Assembly: GCA_963693365.1 (NCBI GenBank)
Contig: CAVNZM010000007.1
Coordinates: 8,863,962 to 8,927,961 of the forward strand
From: Amoebidium appalachense
Taxonomy: Eukaryota; Protista; Ichthyosporea
Length of the DNA: 64,000 nucleotides
Direction: 5' to 3'
The first letter of the stretch is position 1, and the number at the start of each line of letters is the position of its first letter. The position numbers and the translations under genes were made by a program. Positions 52,855 through 64,000 of the stretch are shown here, piece after piece. The notes beneath the pieces were generated by a model that saw nothing but the letters and a program-made list of their open reading frames with translations, did no database searches and was not told where the DNA came from.

Positions 52855-54874
52855 CTAGTAAGTCTTGTGGACCTGATGGACTCCCTGCTGGGTTTCTTAA
52901 AATCCTTGTTCCCTCCTACCCACAAAAGGAAAGTGATCGTGCTATTAAACCTGATCTTACTATCATGTTAAGCTCTCTCTTTTCTTGGTGTGTTAAATGT
53001 GGACATGTCCCGTCATCTTGGTTAGATACCTTAGTGATCCCCATAGTTAAGAAGGACTCTGAGGGCCCCATATCATCCTTTCGCCCCATTACACTAACCC
53101 AGGTTGTTCGTAGATTCTTTGAAGCTTGCTTACTTAGGTTATTTGCACATCACCCTAGGTTTCAATCTATTCTTCACATACACCCATGCCAATCCGCTTT
53201 TCGTAAAAACAATTCATGTTATGTTCAAATAATGGCACTGCACGATTCTATGCAAGTTGGTGCACAATATGTTGGCTTTATTGATTGGAAAACTGCTTAC
53301 GATTCTGTCTCCCCTGGTCTCCTATGGGAAAAGCTTGCTGCACGGGGTGTACCACACTGCATTGGTGTTCTGTTAGAAGCACTCTTGTCTCAAACCTATG
53401 GTAGAGCTGTGGTTAATGGGCATCTTTCATATGGTTTTGCTCGTACTAGAGGTCTCTTGCAGGGCTCATTGCTTAGCCCCTTTTTGTTTAACCTATTTAT
53501 AGATGATTTGGCTGTCAAGATTTACGCCGAAAACGATGACCCTATTAATAACTTTCCGCCTGCACTTCTCTATGCTGATGATCTGTCCCTCCTTGCCCGT
53601 ACCCCTAGACGCCTGCAAAGATTGTTCGATGTAGTGTCAGAGTGGTGCAAGGCAAACCTTATGATCCTTAACATAGACAAATGTGGTGTTCTTGTACCTG
53701 ATATAGCTAACAATTTACACACATTTACATTATCATCTAAACCTGTACCTATAGTTCCAGAATACAAATATCTTGGTGTTCCGGTTGATTCTGTTGGTGT
53801 TATGTTTCCCCATATGGTCGAAAAGAGGGTAGAGTTGGCTCGTAAGCGGTTAGCTTTCTTCTCGGCTAATATTTTTAAAGACACACCCCTCCATCCTTCT
53901 ATTAGACTTACATTTATTCGCACTTTTGTCTTCCCGGCATGTGAATATGGTTTACCCCTTCTCGCCGCTTGGATCAAGAAAGAGAGAACTAGAGCGCTTA
54001 AACCCTTGGCAAATTTCCTTGAAGCAGAAGTTGCCTCCTTTCTATCTAACAACTGTTGTAAACCTGGGCCTGTAACGCTCTCGATATATGGTCTGGTCCC
54101 AATAGCTGCTAGAGTATCCTATCTCGCGCTGAAATTCAATAAGCACATAAGCCGCTTAAAGAAGTATTTGCCCTCCCACCCTCTCTTCTCTATCCGACCT
54201 GTCCCCTCCTCACCTCTCCCCTCTTTCCTCCCCTCTCTCTCCCCTTCTCCCCTGGGCACAAATACAAATAAACCCCGCAATAGTGTGTGTGTGACTTTGG
54301 ACTGCCACTTACTTATTAAACATGTACACAATCACAAGATAATCACGCAATATAACAAATGGAAAAAGATACCAAACGACACTAGACCCGATGAAAGCAT
54401 ACACCTTGAAAAACTAAGCCTTATGTCTCGTTTTATATATACTGACCGCCTCAACCATATTGCCAAATATGGCACTCGCAAGTGTATAACACCTAAATAC
54501 ATATTACCTTCCTGTAGAACTGGTCTTTCTCTAGCTGATGGTATTATTGATCAATTACCACGCTTTTACTGTACACGTGCTATACAGTGGAGATCTAATA
54601 AGTATAAGGTGGCATCATTTGCATGCCCAAACAACACACACACACACCAGTTTAACCGGTCATGTATCGCCAAATGTAGTTTGATAGACCACATAATACC
54701 GCAACACACACACGTCACATTCACAACAGACACCCAGAAAGATAGCCTACCTGTAAATTACAACATCCTTGATTTTATACTAAACACGCGTAACTACGAC
54801 CTGTTTATTAGATGTATTGATTGGCTTGAGAAACACATCACTACAAAATTATAGCGCACGCGCACACACACACA

Positions 54875-54929
<55 letters not shown>

Positions 54930-54961
54930 CCAGCTGATACCGAGTGTCCCGAGGGGAGCCC

Positions 54962-55013
<52 letters not shown>
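52855..55013 (+). mobile_element. 5'-truncated LINE (non-LTR retrotransposon) with poly(A) tail
   Basis: KSCGPDG at ~52860, RT ORF, (CA)n 3'UTR, A-tail 54966-55013. Confidence 0.9.
52965..54854 (+). CDS. LINE reverse transcriptase (endonuclease missing)
   Basis: FRPITL, FIDWKTAYDSV, GLLQGSLLSPFLFNLFIDDL, LLYADDL, YKYLGV. Confidence 0.93.
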   Translation: MLSSLFSWCVKCGHVPSSWLDTLVIPIVKKDSEGPISSFRPITLTQVVRRFFEACLLRLFAHHPRFQSILHIHPCQSAFRKNNSCYVQIMALHDSMQVGAQYVGFIDWKTAYDSVSPGLLWEKLAARGVPHCIGVLLEALLSQTYGRAVVNGHLSYGFARTRGLLQGSLLSPFLFNLFIDDLAVKIYAENDDPINNFPPALLYADDLSLLARTPRRLQRLFDVVSEWCKANLMILNIDKCGVLVPDIANNLHTFTLSSKPVPIVPEYKYLGVPVDSVGVMFPHMVEKRVELARKRLAFFSANIFKDTPLHPSIRLTFIRTFVFPACEYGLPLLAAWIKKERTRALKPLANFLEAEVASFLSNNCCKPGPVTLSIYGLVPIAARVSYLALKFNKHISRLKKYLPSHPLFSIRPVPSSPLPSFLPSLSPSPLGTNTNKPRNSVCVTLDCHLLIKHVHNHKIITQYNKWKKIPNDTRPDESIHLEKLSLMSRFIYTDRLNHIAKYGTRKCITPKYILPSCRTGLSLADGIIDQLPRFYCTRAIQWRSNKYKVASFACPNNTHTHQFNRSCIAKCSLIDHIIPQHTHVTFTTDTQKDSLPVNYNILDFILNTRNYDLFIRCIDWLEKHITTKL

Positions 55014-55014
<1 letters not shown>

Positions 55015-56413
55015 GGGGAACCCCAACTAATTGATTTCTCCTTGTAGTCTTTATGGTGTCTCGTAGAGAAAGTAAACCCTGATATATAGTCACCACCCGA
55101 CATCTATGTACGTGATCATGATATACCGCTGAGGGGATATTCCGAGCAAACCCCCCCCCCCCATACCTGAGACTGGTTCTCTTTGCCTCGAGTAAACAGC
55201 GTAAACCCCAAGTGTGTTACTGTCCAATGAACACGTATTAAGTAACACAAATCTACCTAACATATATTAGTAGAAAAGAAATATGATTATACACATGAAG
55301 ACAAAGAGAGAAAGAAAAGAAAATAAGGAAGGAGAAAGAGGAAGGAAAAGAGAGCACAGATCAACAAACAAGATAGCAATAGCATAACTATAACCAGAGA
55401 TATTTATGTACACACGAACATGTACACGTCTCTCCCTGAGTGGGTGGATCCGTGTACACACAAATAAATATTCTAATCGATATCACAATACACGATTAAA
55501 GCCGATACAACACGATTACAAGTATACAAGCATATCGGAGATCGATGCTACACTTTACATAATAGGAGTGTGGCATTTACACTAAGCATATGAACTGAAA
55601 CATAACACAAACTGAGAAGATCTTACCATATGTAAATACTATGTATTACAACAGTGCATCTGCAGCCAGCAGACACACGCACACGCACGCACACACACAC
55701 ATACACACACACACACACACAGACACAGACACAGACATAATCACAGGACGGACACAGACCAGACAGACAAACGCCATATGCACAAAAGCAGGCAACACAA
55801 AACTATCCTTCAAAGGGCAGCATGGTCCAAAACAATCAGCACGGTGGCTGCAAAACAATCAGCACGGTGGCTGCGCGATCTGCGGAGGGGATCTGTGACC
55901 AGGCGACCTGCGGGAAGGGAACTGCGACCAGGCGACCTGCGGGAAGGGAACTGCGACCAGGCGACCTGCGGGAAAGGACCTGCGGACCTGCGGGAAGGGG
56001 GAAGAGAAATGGAGCAAACAACGTGCGTACAGGCTTAAATGGAGAAAAAATTGCAAACCGGATTGGGATTTAGCCAATCACTATTCGCCGCGCCTGATTA
56101 GGAAAAAGATAAAAATAGATTTCGGCTCGCGCGCGCGCGTGCATCAGCTTGGTGCCCTTAGCGCTACCCTTAGTGCCCTTAGTCACAACTATCAGACTAT
56201 AGTTACGTGTCCTCCACTTCTTTGTTCTTGACCATTTTTTCGGCATGAAAGGGTTTCTGTTACTTCTTGCTGTCCTTCTTAGCGTGCTTGCTTGTCTTTT
56301 TTTCAACATGGGTGTCACTGGCGCTTTCGACTTCTTTGAAATCACACACACACACACACTCACACACGCGCGCGCGCGCGCGCGCGCGCACGCACACACA
56401 CTCACACATGCAC

Positions 56414-56449
<36 letters not shown>

Positions 56450-56937
56450 CGCGCACACACAGGCACGCACGCACACACACACAGGCGCACACCTACACAA
56501 CACACACAGCACAGGCACACACAAGCGCACACACGCACACACCCTGTTATCCCTGATCATGATGCCCCCTCCCCCCCTCCCTCTTCCCCCCCCGCGCACC
56601 CCCCCCCCCCCCCCCCACCCACCCACCCCACCCACCCACCTACAAAGACGAAAACATTGTACACTGTGGCATGTATTGCATACACAAATATACTCGCACA
56701 TATACATACACACATTCACTTTAATCTTTCAGGCTACATGTGCAATATACATTAATTATGCACAGTCGATAGAATTCGTTGTGAAACCCCTCCCCCCCCC
56801 CCCCCCCCCCCCCCCCCTCCCTCGTTCCCCCCATATGCAATGGGGATAATATTGTTTCCCGCTATTAATAAAAAAAATCACCGTTCTAACTTCCTAAGAC
56901 CGTACCACTTGTAACACCGACAGTTTCGGTTGTGTGG

Positions 56938-56977
<40 letters not shown>

Positions 56978-57091
56978 CCCACCCACCACCACCTTACCAA
57001 TATTGAGGTGTACACTGCCCCCACATCCCCAACTGTGTGCTGAATATCCCGTGCTAGGAAATCAATAACGTGAAAGTAACACATGCCGCAT

Positions 57092-59290
57092 GTGGGTAGT
57101 TATTGAAAAAACCAATAATGTCTAGGTAACATACTATGTACATATACTATGCTACAAGGGGGGTTCTATTCGAGCTACAATGTTGTGTTTTTTTGTGTGA
57201 CCCTCGTACTCCAGGGGCACATTCACCATCCCCCCCATAAACTTTGTGGTAAATCTCTCGTGCTAGAGGCTGTTCTGTGGGTAGTTATTGAAAAACCAAT
57301 AATGTCTAGGTAACATATGTACATATACTATGCTACAAGGGGGGTTCTATACGAGCTACAACGTTGTGTTTTTTGCGTGTGACCCTTGTACTCCAGGGGT
57401 ACATTCACCATCCCCCCCATAAACTTTGTGGTAAATGTCTCGTGCTAGAAGCTGTTCTGTGGGTAGTTATTGAAAAAACCAATAATGTCTAGGTAACACA
57501 TGGACATATACTATGCTACAAGGGGGGTCTATTCGAGCTACAACATTGTGTTTTTTTCGTGTGACCCTCGTACTCCAGGGGCACATCCACCATCCCCCCC
57601 ATAAACTTTGTGGTAAAGTTCTCGTGCTAGAAGCTGTTCTGTGGGTAGTTATTGAAAAAACGAATAATGTCTAGGTAACACATGTACATATGCTATGCTA
57701 CAAGGGGGGTTCTATTCGAGCTACAATGTTGTGTTTTTTTTGTGTGACCCTCGCACTCCAGGGGCACATTCACCATCCCCCCCATAAACTTTGTGGTAAA
57801 TCTCTCGTGCTAGAGGCTGTTCTGTGGGTAGTTATTGAAAAACCAATAATGTCTAGGTAACATATGTACATATACTATGCTACAAGGGGGGTTCTATACC
57901 AGCTACAACGTTGTGTTTTTTTCGTGTGACCCTTGTACTCCAGGGGTACATTCACCATCCCCCCCATAAACTTTGTGGTAAATGTCTCGTGCTAGAGGCT
58001 GTTCTGTGGGTAGTTATTGAACAACCAATAATACCTAGGTAACATATGTACATATACTATGCTACAAGGGGGGATCTATACGAGCTACAACGTTGTGTTT
58101 TTTTCGTGTGACCCTCGTACTCCAGGGGCACATTCACCATCCTCCCCATAAACTTTGTGGTAAATCTCTCGTGCTAGAGGCTGTTCTGTGGGTAGTTATT
58201 GAAGAACCAATAATACCTAGGTAACATTTGTACATATACTATGCTACAAGGGGGGATCTATACGAGCTACAACGTTGTGTTTTTTTCGTGTGACCCTCGT
58301 ACTCCAGGGGCACATTCACCATCCTCCCCATAAACTTTGTGGTAAAGGTCTCGTGCTAGAGGCTGTTCTGTGGGTAGTTATTGAAAAAACCAATAATGTC
58401 TAGGTAACATATGTACATATACTATGCTTCAACGGGGGTTCTATTCGAGCTACAATGTTGTGTTTTTTTCGTGTGACCTTCGTACTCCAGAGGCACATTC
58501 ACCATCCCCCCCATAAACGTTGTGGTAAATCTCTCGTGCTAGAGGCTGTTCTGTGGGTAGTTATTGAAAGACCAATAATGTCTAGGTAACATATGTACAT
58601 ATACTATGCTACAAGGGGGGTTCTATACGAGCTACAACGTTGTGTTTTTTTCGTGTGACCCTCGTACTCCAGGGGCACATTCACCATCCCCCCCATAAAC
58701 GTTGTGGTAAAGCTCTCGTGCTAGAAGCTGTTCTGTGGGTAGTTATTGAAAAAACCAATAATGTCTAGGTAACACATGTACATATACTATGCTACAATTG
58801 CAAGGGGGGTTCTATTCGAGCTACAACGTTATGTTTTTTTCGTGTGACCCTCGTACTCCAGGGGCACATTCACCATCCCCCCCATAAACGTTGTGGTAAA
58901 GGTCTCGTGCTAGAAGCTGTTCTGTGGGTAGTTATTGAAAAAACCAATAATGTCTAGGTAACATATGTACATATACCATGCTACAAGGGGGGTTCTATTC
59001 GAGCTACAATGTTGTGTTTTTTTCGTGTGACCCTCGTACTCCAGGGGCACATTCACCATCCCCCCCATAAAGTTTGTGGTAAATCTCTCGTGCTAGAGGC
59101 TGTTCTGTGGGTAGTTATTGAAAAACCAATAATGTCTAGGTAACATATGTACATATACTATGCTACAAGGGGGGTTCTATACGAGCTACAACGTTGTGTT
59201 TTTTTCGTGTGACCCTCGTACTCCAGGGGCATATTCACCATCCCCGCCATAAACTTTGTGGTAAATGTCTCGTGCTAGAAGCTGTTCTGT
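57092..59290. repeat. ~182-bp tandem satellite, 12 copies
   Basis: gtgggtagttattgaa recurs every ~182 nt from 57092 to 59107. Confidence 0.97.
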
Positions 59291-59470
59291 GTCTGATGTG
59301 TGGATGTCTGTGTATGTTGTGTGTGTGTGCATGTCTGTGTGTGTGTATGTGCTCAGTTGAAAGGGAAGGGGGGGAGAGGGGGGATGCACCGTGTGTGTGC
59401 ATGTGTGCACGTGTGTGTGTGTGTGCTCTGTGGAGAGGGAAGGGGAGGGGGGAAATGCACCGTGTGTGTG

Positions 59471-59520
<50 letters not shown>

Positions 59521-59548
59521 TGTGTGTGTTGTGTGTTTGTGTGTGTGT

Positions 59549-61639
59549 CAAGGCCTCCTAAATACCACACCGGGCCGAGGCACGCAATAGACTAATACTC
59601 CAGATTACGTGAAAAGAGTAGGGTGATCGAACACTGAAATCTTACGTGCCCCTCCGGGGTCTCCTACATCAGACTAATTTTAGTGCAAAACTTGTGCAAA
59701 CATTACGCTAAACTACCAGACGCAATCATCACTGCCTATAACTGCCTAAGTCTCACACAACGCACCCAGTGCGTCGTCGTTCAAAAACGAGAAAACGTCG
59801 AAGTCCTCCTCCTCGAGCACAGCCTCCACGTCGTCGCTGGCGCTGGGGCCGTCGTCCGCGGCGTGCGCCGCCAATAAACCGGTTGATGCACCCTCGTATT
59901 TCTTGGTTTGCCGGTTTGGCTTGTTGGTTGGTGTTTTCTTTTTCGCGTTGCGTTCCTTGGTGTAGTTGTTGAGCAAAATGTTGGTCATTCTCATGGCGAT
60001 GCCGTCGAGGTACTGCGCCGTGTCCTCCCCGCACTCCTCACAAGTAATGCCTCGAATTGTCTCTGTCTCCGGCCGGCTCTTGGCGTGCTGAACCGCGAGC
60101 GTGTGAACCAGCAGGCGGTGGGAGCCGGCGTGCAGAAACTTGCCCTCCAGCTCCTTGCTGGTGAGGCCACTCCATCACGCGCACAGTGGTCTCCGCGACC
60201 ACATAGGCCGCGTAGGAGGGAGTAGAAAGCCCCCCACGGTCGATGGCCTCCAGGTATGACGTGTCGATGACGTCCGGCCCAAGCTGGGCTCTGACGCTGG
60301 CTGGGATCTCCACCACCAGGCGGCGGCTGCTGAACAAGCGCCCACGGCACTGCTTGCAGCTGCAGCCCCGCCCCGTCTTGAAGCAGGCATAGCCGGCGAG
60401 AAAGACGACCACGCTCTTGTTGGGGACGGTGATGGCAGCCAACAGAGCGCCAATGCTGGAGATGGGCTGCAGCAGAACGTCCAGTTCCACGGCAGGCTTG
60501 GCCAGCAGGGCAGTCTCGTTGAACTTGACGGCCTGCTTGAGAGTGCTGATGCCCACGGCCTTGCCCGTGCCCCGGCGGAACGTGAAGAGGTTGATGAGCC
60601 GGATGCGCCGCTCAGACTCAAGCACCTGTTCAATATCACACCTTCCGTTAGCTTGGCATTATCCTGATTTACAACTGTGCAGATGAAGAGCACCGCACAG
60701 ACCATAAATAGTTGCCAGCTGCAGCCGGCTGATTTGGGTGTTTGCAAGTTAATGCAATGCTTGTGTCGGTAAGGAGGGGATCTGGGAAATGGAAGTGGAA
60801 AAGGGAGGGGGGTGAAGGGGGGGGGGGGGGGGGGGAGGATTACTTCTTTTGGCAATTGGTGTTTAAAGAAGGAAGGTGGGGGTAAGCCTTCTAGGATCCG
60901 AAAAAAAAGGGGGGGGGGGGGGGGGGGAAGAGAGAGTAGGGGAAAAGGGAGGGGGTGGGGGGGGTGGATGGTGGTGGTGTTGGTGGTGTTGGTTGGGAAC
61001 GAGGGGGAGGGGGGAGGGGGAGGGACTCTTAAAAATTGTCTCAGAAAAAAAGGAGTGGGGGGAGGAGGAAGGGGGGGGGGGGGGGGGGGGAGAACAAGGG
61101 TGGAGGGAAGAGGCTACCTGGCGGGTGGAAATGTGGTAATTGCCTCCGTTCATTTCCCTGTAGTGTCCAAACCGACCCTCCAACTGGTCGGTCATAATCT
61201 TGCCCAGAAGAACGTAGACCCAGTTGAGGTCGTCCTTTAGATACTCCACAAGGGCTATCTGCAAACATTTAAAACCCGAGTGTTAAGGATAGTTTCCCAA
61301 AAAAAAAGGTGGCCCAGAGTGCATAACCAACGTGCTTATCGAAGCACAAAGGTTGAGTGCACGGGTGCCCACTGATCACACAATGGCCCAGCATAAAACG
61401 GGAAAGGGGGGGGGGGGGGGGGGGGGGGGGGGGGAGCGAGAAGGGAGGGTGTGTGGGGGGGGGGAGGGGGGGGGAATAGAGAGAGAGCGTGTGTGTGAGA
61501 GAGAGGGGGGGAGAGAGAGGGGGGGGGGGGGGGGGGAGAGAGAGAGAGAGAGAGAGAGCTAGAGAGAGAGAGCTCGAACCATGATCAACACTGCAGCAGG
61601 CCATTGCAAAACAGTATGCATGAGGACTACTGTATGAGA

Positions 61640-61684
<45 letters not shown>

Positions 61685-64000
61685 GAAAAACCGTACCTGA
61701 GCTCGAGTAGTGTGCACCAGCGCTGTGTATGTCTGCTCCGTAAGACACCCACCCTTCGTCCACTTTCCACCGGTGTGTGTTTTCCAACTCTCCAACCACA
61801 CTAAGAAATTGCGCAAGAACTGCATCTGGCGGCCGGTGGAGCTCCAAATAGGATCTTGCCATCGATCACGTTTGTGCTTCCCCTTATCCTTCGTTTTCAC
61901 GTTCACAATCTTCCACCATCGGCTTAGTATCCGGACAAACGAGAGTGTGCCCTTGAAAGCTGGGTTTGTTTTGGAAAGAACTTCGAGTGCAGAAATAGTG
62001 CTGTCGTCTAAAATAGCAAGAGCGAGATTGGTGCGCTGTCGCTCGTATGGGCTGGGAAAGCATACCTTGGCTGTGAGTTTTGGGGCTAATGTGACCAAGA
62101 GATCCACCTGGGAAAAGTGAATGGAGCGAAAGTGGTTAAAATCGGCACAGCCCCCAGGAACAACACCACGCGGAAAGTTCTCGTCGAAGAAATCAGGAAA
62201 ATAGAATTTGGTTGCGGCTAGCCAATTGTTGCGTATAGTCTTGCAGAGGTGGTTGGTATCGTGAAGAAGAAACAAAGGATAACCGTCCAAAAAGGGGTGA
62301 GGAATACGAACTGGAAGGCCCTTTTTCGTGTCGACCCCGGCCTCCCGAGCGAGGGCATAAAAAGAGCTGCTGTTTGTTCTATTTCCGTCGGCGACAATTA
62401 TTATGGGAAGAAAGCCCGCGCGCACCGCTAGTTGAATGCTACTCTTGGTCCCCTCCTTGAGGAAATTTGCGTCCTGGCCCTGCACCGGGTATAGAAGGAG
62501 TGTTTCCCGAAATTTTCCTCGAATAGAAGAAAGGTAGAATGACTGGACTTGCTTGGCCGATTCCGTTTGTTTGTTAACAGCTGCACCAACAAGGATACCC
62601 CAGCAAAAATCGGTGGAATTGGTCATGTGGATCTCGTCGGACTGTATCATGCAAAGCAACTCGTGCGGTTCACACTGCTGTTTGCGTGTTGAAAGGTATA
62701 AGAGGTTGGCACCGTCCGGAGAAAGGGCGGCGGTTGGAGAAAGACCGTTGGTTTTGCGATCTAGTGTGCGATCGTCCGGAAGTACTAGAAAGCCGCTGCG
62801 GGATAGTGCACGGTAGGCCGTGTGTGATCGTGAGCGTAGCTCGAGGGAAAATAAAAACGTGTTGGTTTCGTACCTCCGGTTGTTCTTTGGGACTGAAAAC
62901 AAACGGAGCTGTTCGCAGATGAACCCGAAAAAGCGTGCCTCCTGCTCGCATTCGTCCGACTCCGCTTCCTCGACTAGCTCCCGGAGATGTTGCTCCAGAA
63001 ATTCTCTGGCAAGCGCTAGAGGAGGGCGCGGCAGCACCGCCTTTATCTGCTCACGCTCGCTCCCAATGCCTACTGTCGTTGGCTTTGCTGAGTTGGCCTT
63101 CTCCTTGCACGAATGAAGTAACTGGTACAACTCGGACCACCGAGATATAGAATGTGACGTGTGCGAGTCAATCGAAACCGAATAAGATGTAGCCCCAAAC
63201 ACAGACGGTGTGTGCACAACAGGCACTGCAGAAAGGTTATGATCAACAGTTACCACTGCCCCCACAAAGGGAAAGGGCACCCCGCCGGGAAATGACGGGG
63301 TAACTGTTGTCAGCAGTACCGCTTGTATGCTTTCACTGCTCGCTTGTGTGACTTGCCAGAGCCCCAGCGTGCCTACGCTATTTAGACGGTCTAAGAAGTT
63401 GTCGCACAACTCGCTGAACGAGTGTATGGTGTCAAGTTGTTCTAGCCGGGCCTTCTCAGCCTCTTCCTGGAGCTTTGCTCGTTTGTTTTGCTCTTCTCGT
63501 CTATCCTCTGGGTTTCTCCTGGGTGTCTTTTCCTCTATGACTATATTCAGTTCTGTGTTGAAAATGCAAGGAATCTGATTCTCTTTGCACCTCGGGTGGG
63601 AATGTTTAATAAACCGAGATATATCTGTTTTAGGATCTTTGTAGTCAAAACCTAGGTCAAGTTGTTCGGGCCTAAAATGTTTGATACAAATACCTATACA
63701 GCTTGTGTTACTATTTACCGTTAAGTCTTGGCGTTTGCAGAAACTGACCCACTTGTGAAAACGCTCCGGCTCTTTAGTTTTGTTAGGAAAAGCAAAACAA
63801 GATGCACTCTCGTGCCCTTTGTAATTAGTTGTGCAGCCGTAGACAGCACAAGATCTTGGCATCTGCGTAGCGGCTGGGCGTGGCCAAAGTGGCACTGCCC
63901 AGCCTTTTTTATATATAATGCAGGAGCACTTCACGTAAAGTGGTGGCAAAGAAATAGTTACTTTTCCACGTGTAGCAGCAACACAAGCGGCCGGCACACA
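59549..64000 (-). mobile_element. P-element-superfamily DNA transposon (other terminus just beyond the window)
   Basis: CAAGGCCT terminus abuts a (GT)n tract that is uninterrupted in the paralogous copy near 30000; THAP transposase inside. Confidence 0.8.
59746..63862 (-). CDS. THAP-domain P-element transposase (THAP9-like); exons 63862-61697, 61258-61118, 60625-59746 (frameshift near 60170)
   Basis: THAP MPRSCAVYGC..FAFP..W..ICIKHF; QSDEIHM; VADG; HDTNHLCKTIRNNWL; TDQLEGRFGHYREMNGGNY; GT-AG phase-0 introns. Confidence 0.92.

Larger units (their letters stand above)
52361..55653. mobile_element. Solo LTR (TGTT...AACA) containing a LINE
   Basis: TSD GTGCA (52356-52360, 55654-55658). The empty site is present as reverse complement at 37531-37554. 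Confidence 0.85.
50568..64000. mobile_element. CMC/Plavaka-related element #2 (opposite orientation to #1; far end outside the window)
   Basis: Begins CATCAGCAA where pol breaks. The first ~90 nt align with the reverse complement of the 40769 end, and it shares interior sequence with element #1. Confidence 0.65.

Overview
Eukaryotic, intron-rich, TE-saturated DNA with G/C homopolymers and (GT)n/(CA)n tracts. An opisthokont protist such as an ichthyosporean is plausible but not provable from this window. The only clear host gene is a 7-exon SDR16C/RDH10-like short-chain dehydrogenase (14889-45265, +) with an in-frame TAG and a broken donor. Its last intron (26 kb) holds a nested series whose junctions can mostly be rebuilt to the base: Copia > Penelope-like RT element with no C-terminal endonuclease (Naiad/Chlamys-like) > 16-kb CMC/Plavaka DNA transposon > 182-bp satellite > Ngaro tyrosine-recombinase retrotransposon. 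To the left, a Ty3/Gypsy gag is split by a young non-autonomous LTR element, and a gag-only Copia derivative sits in the SDR promoter. To the right, a second Gypsy is cut by a related CMC element that carries a solo LTR with a LINE inside, a 12-copy satellite and a THAP/P-element transposase. The most unusual signal is a ~250-450 nt multibranch RNA-like fold with many + strand G-U pairs at the distal end of the Penelope-like element, antisense to its RT. All pairings and alignments were made by eye, and frameshifts in or near homopolymers may be sequencing errors.
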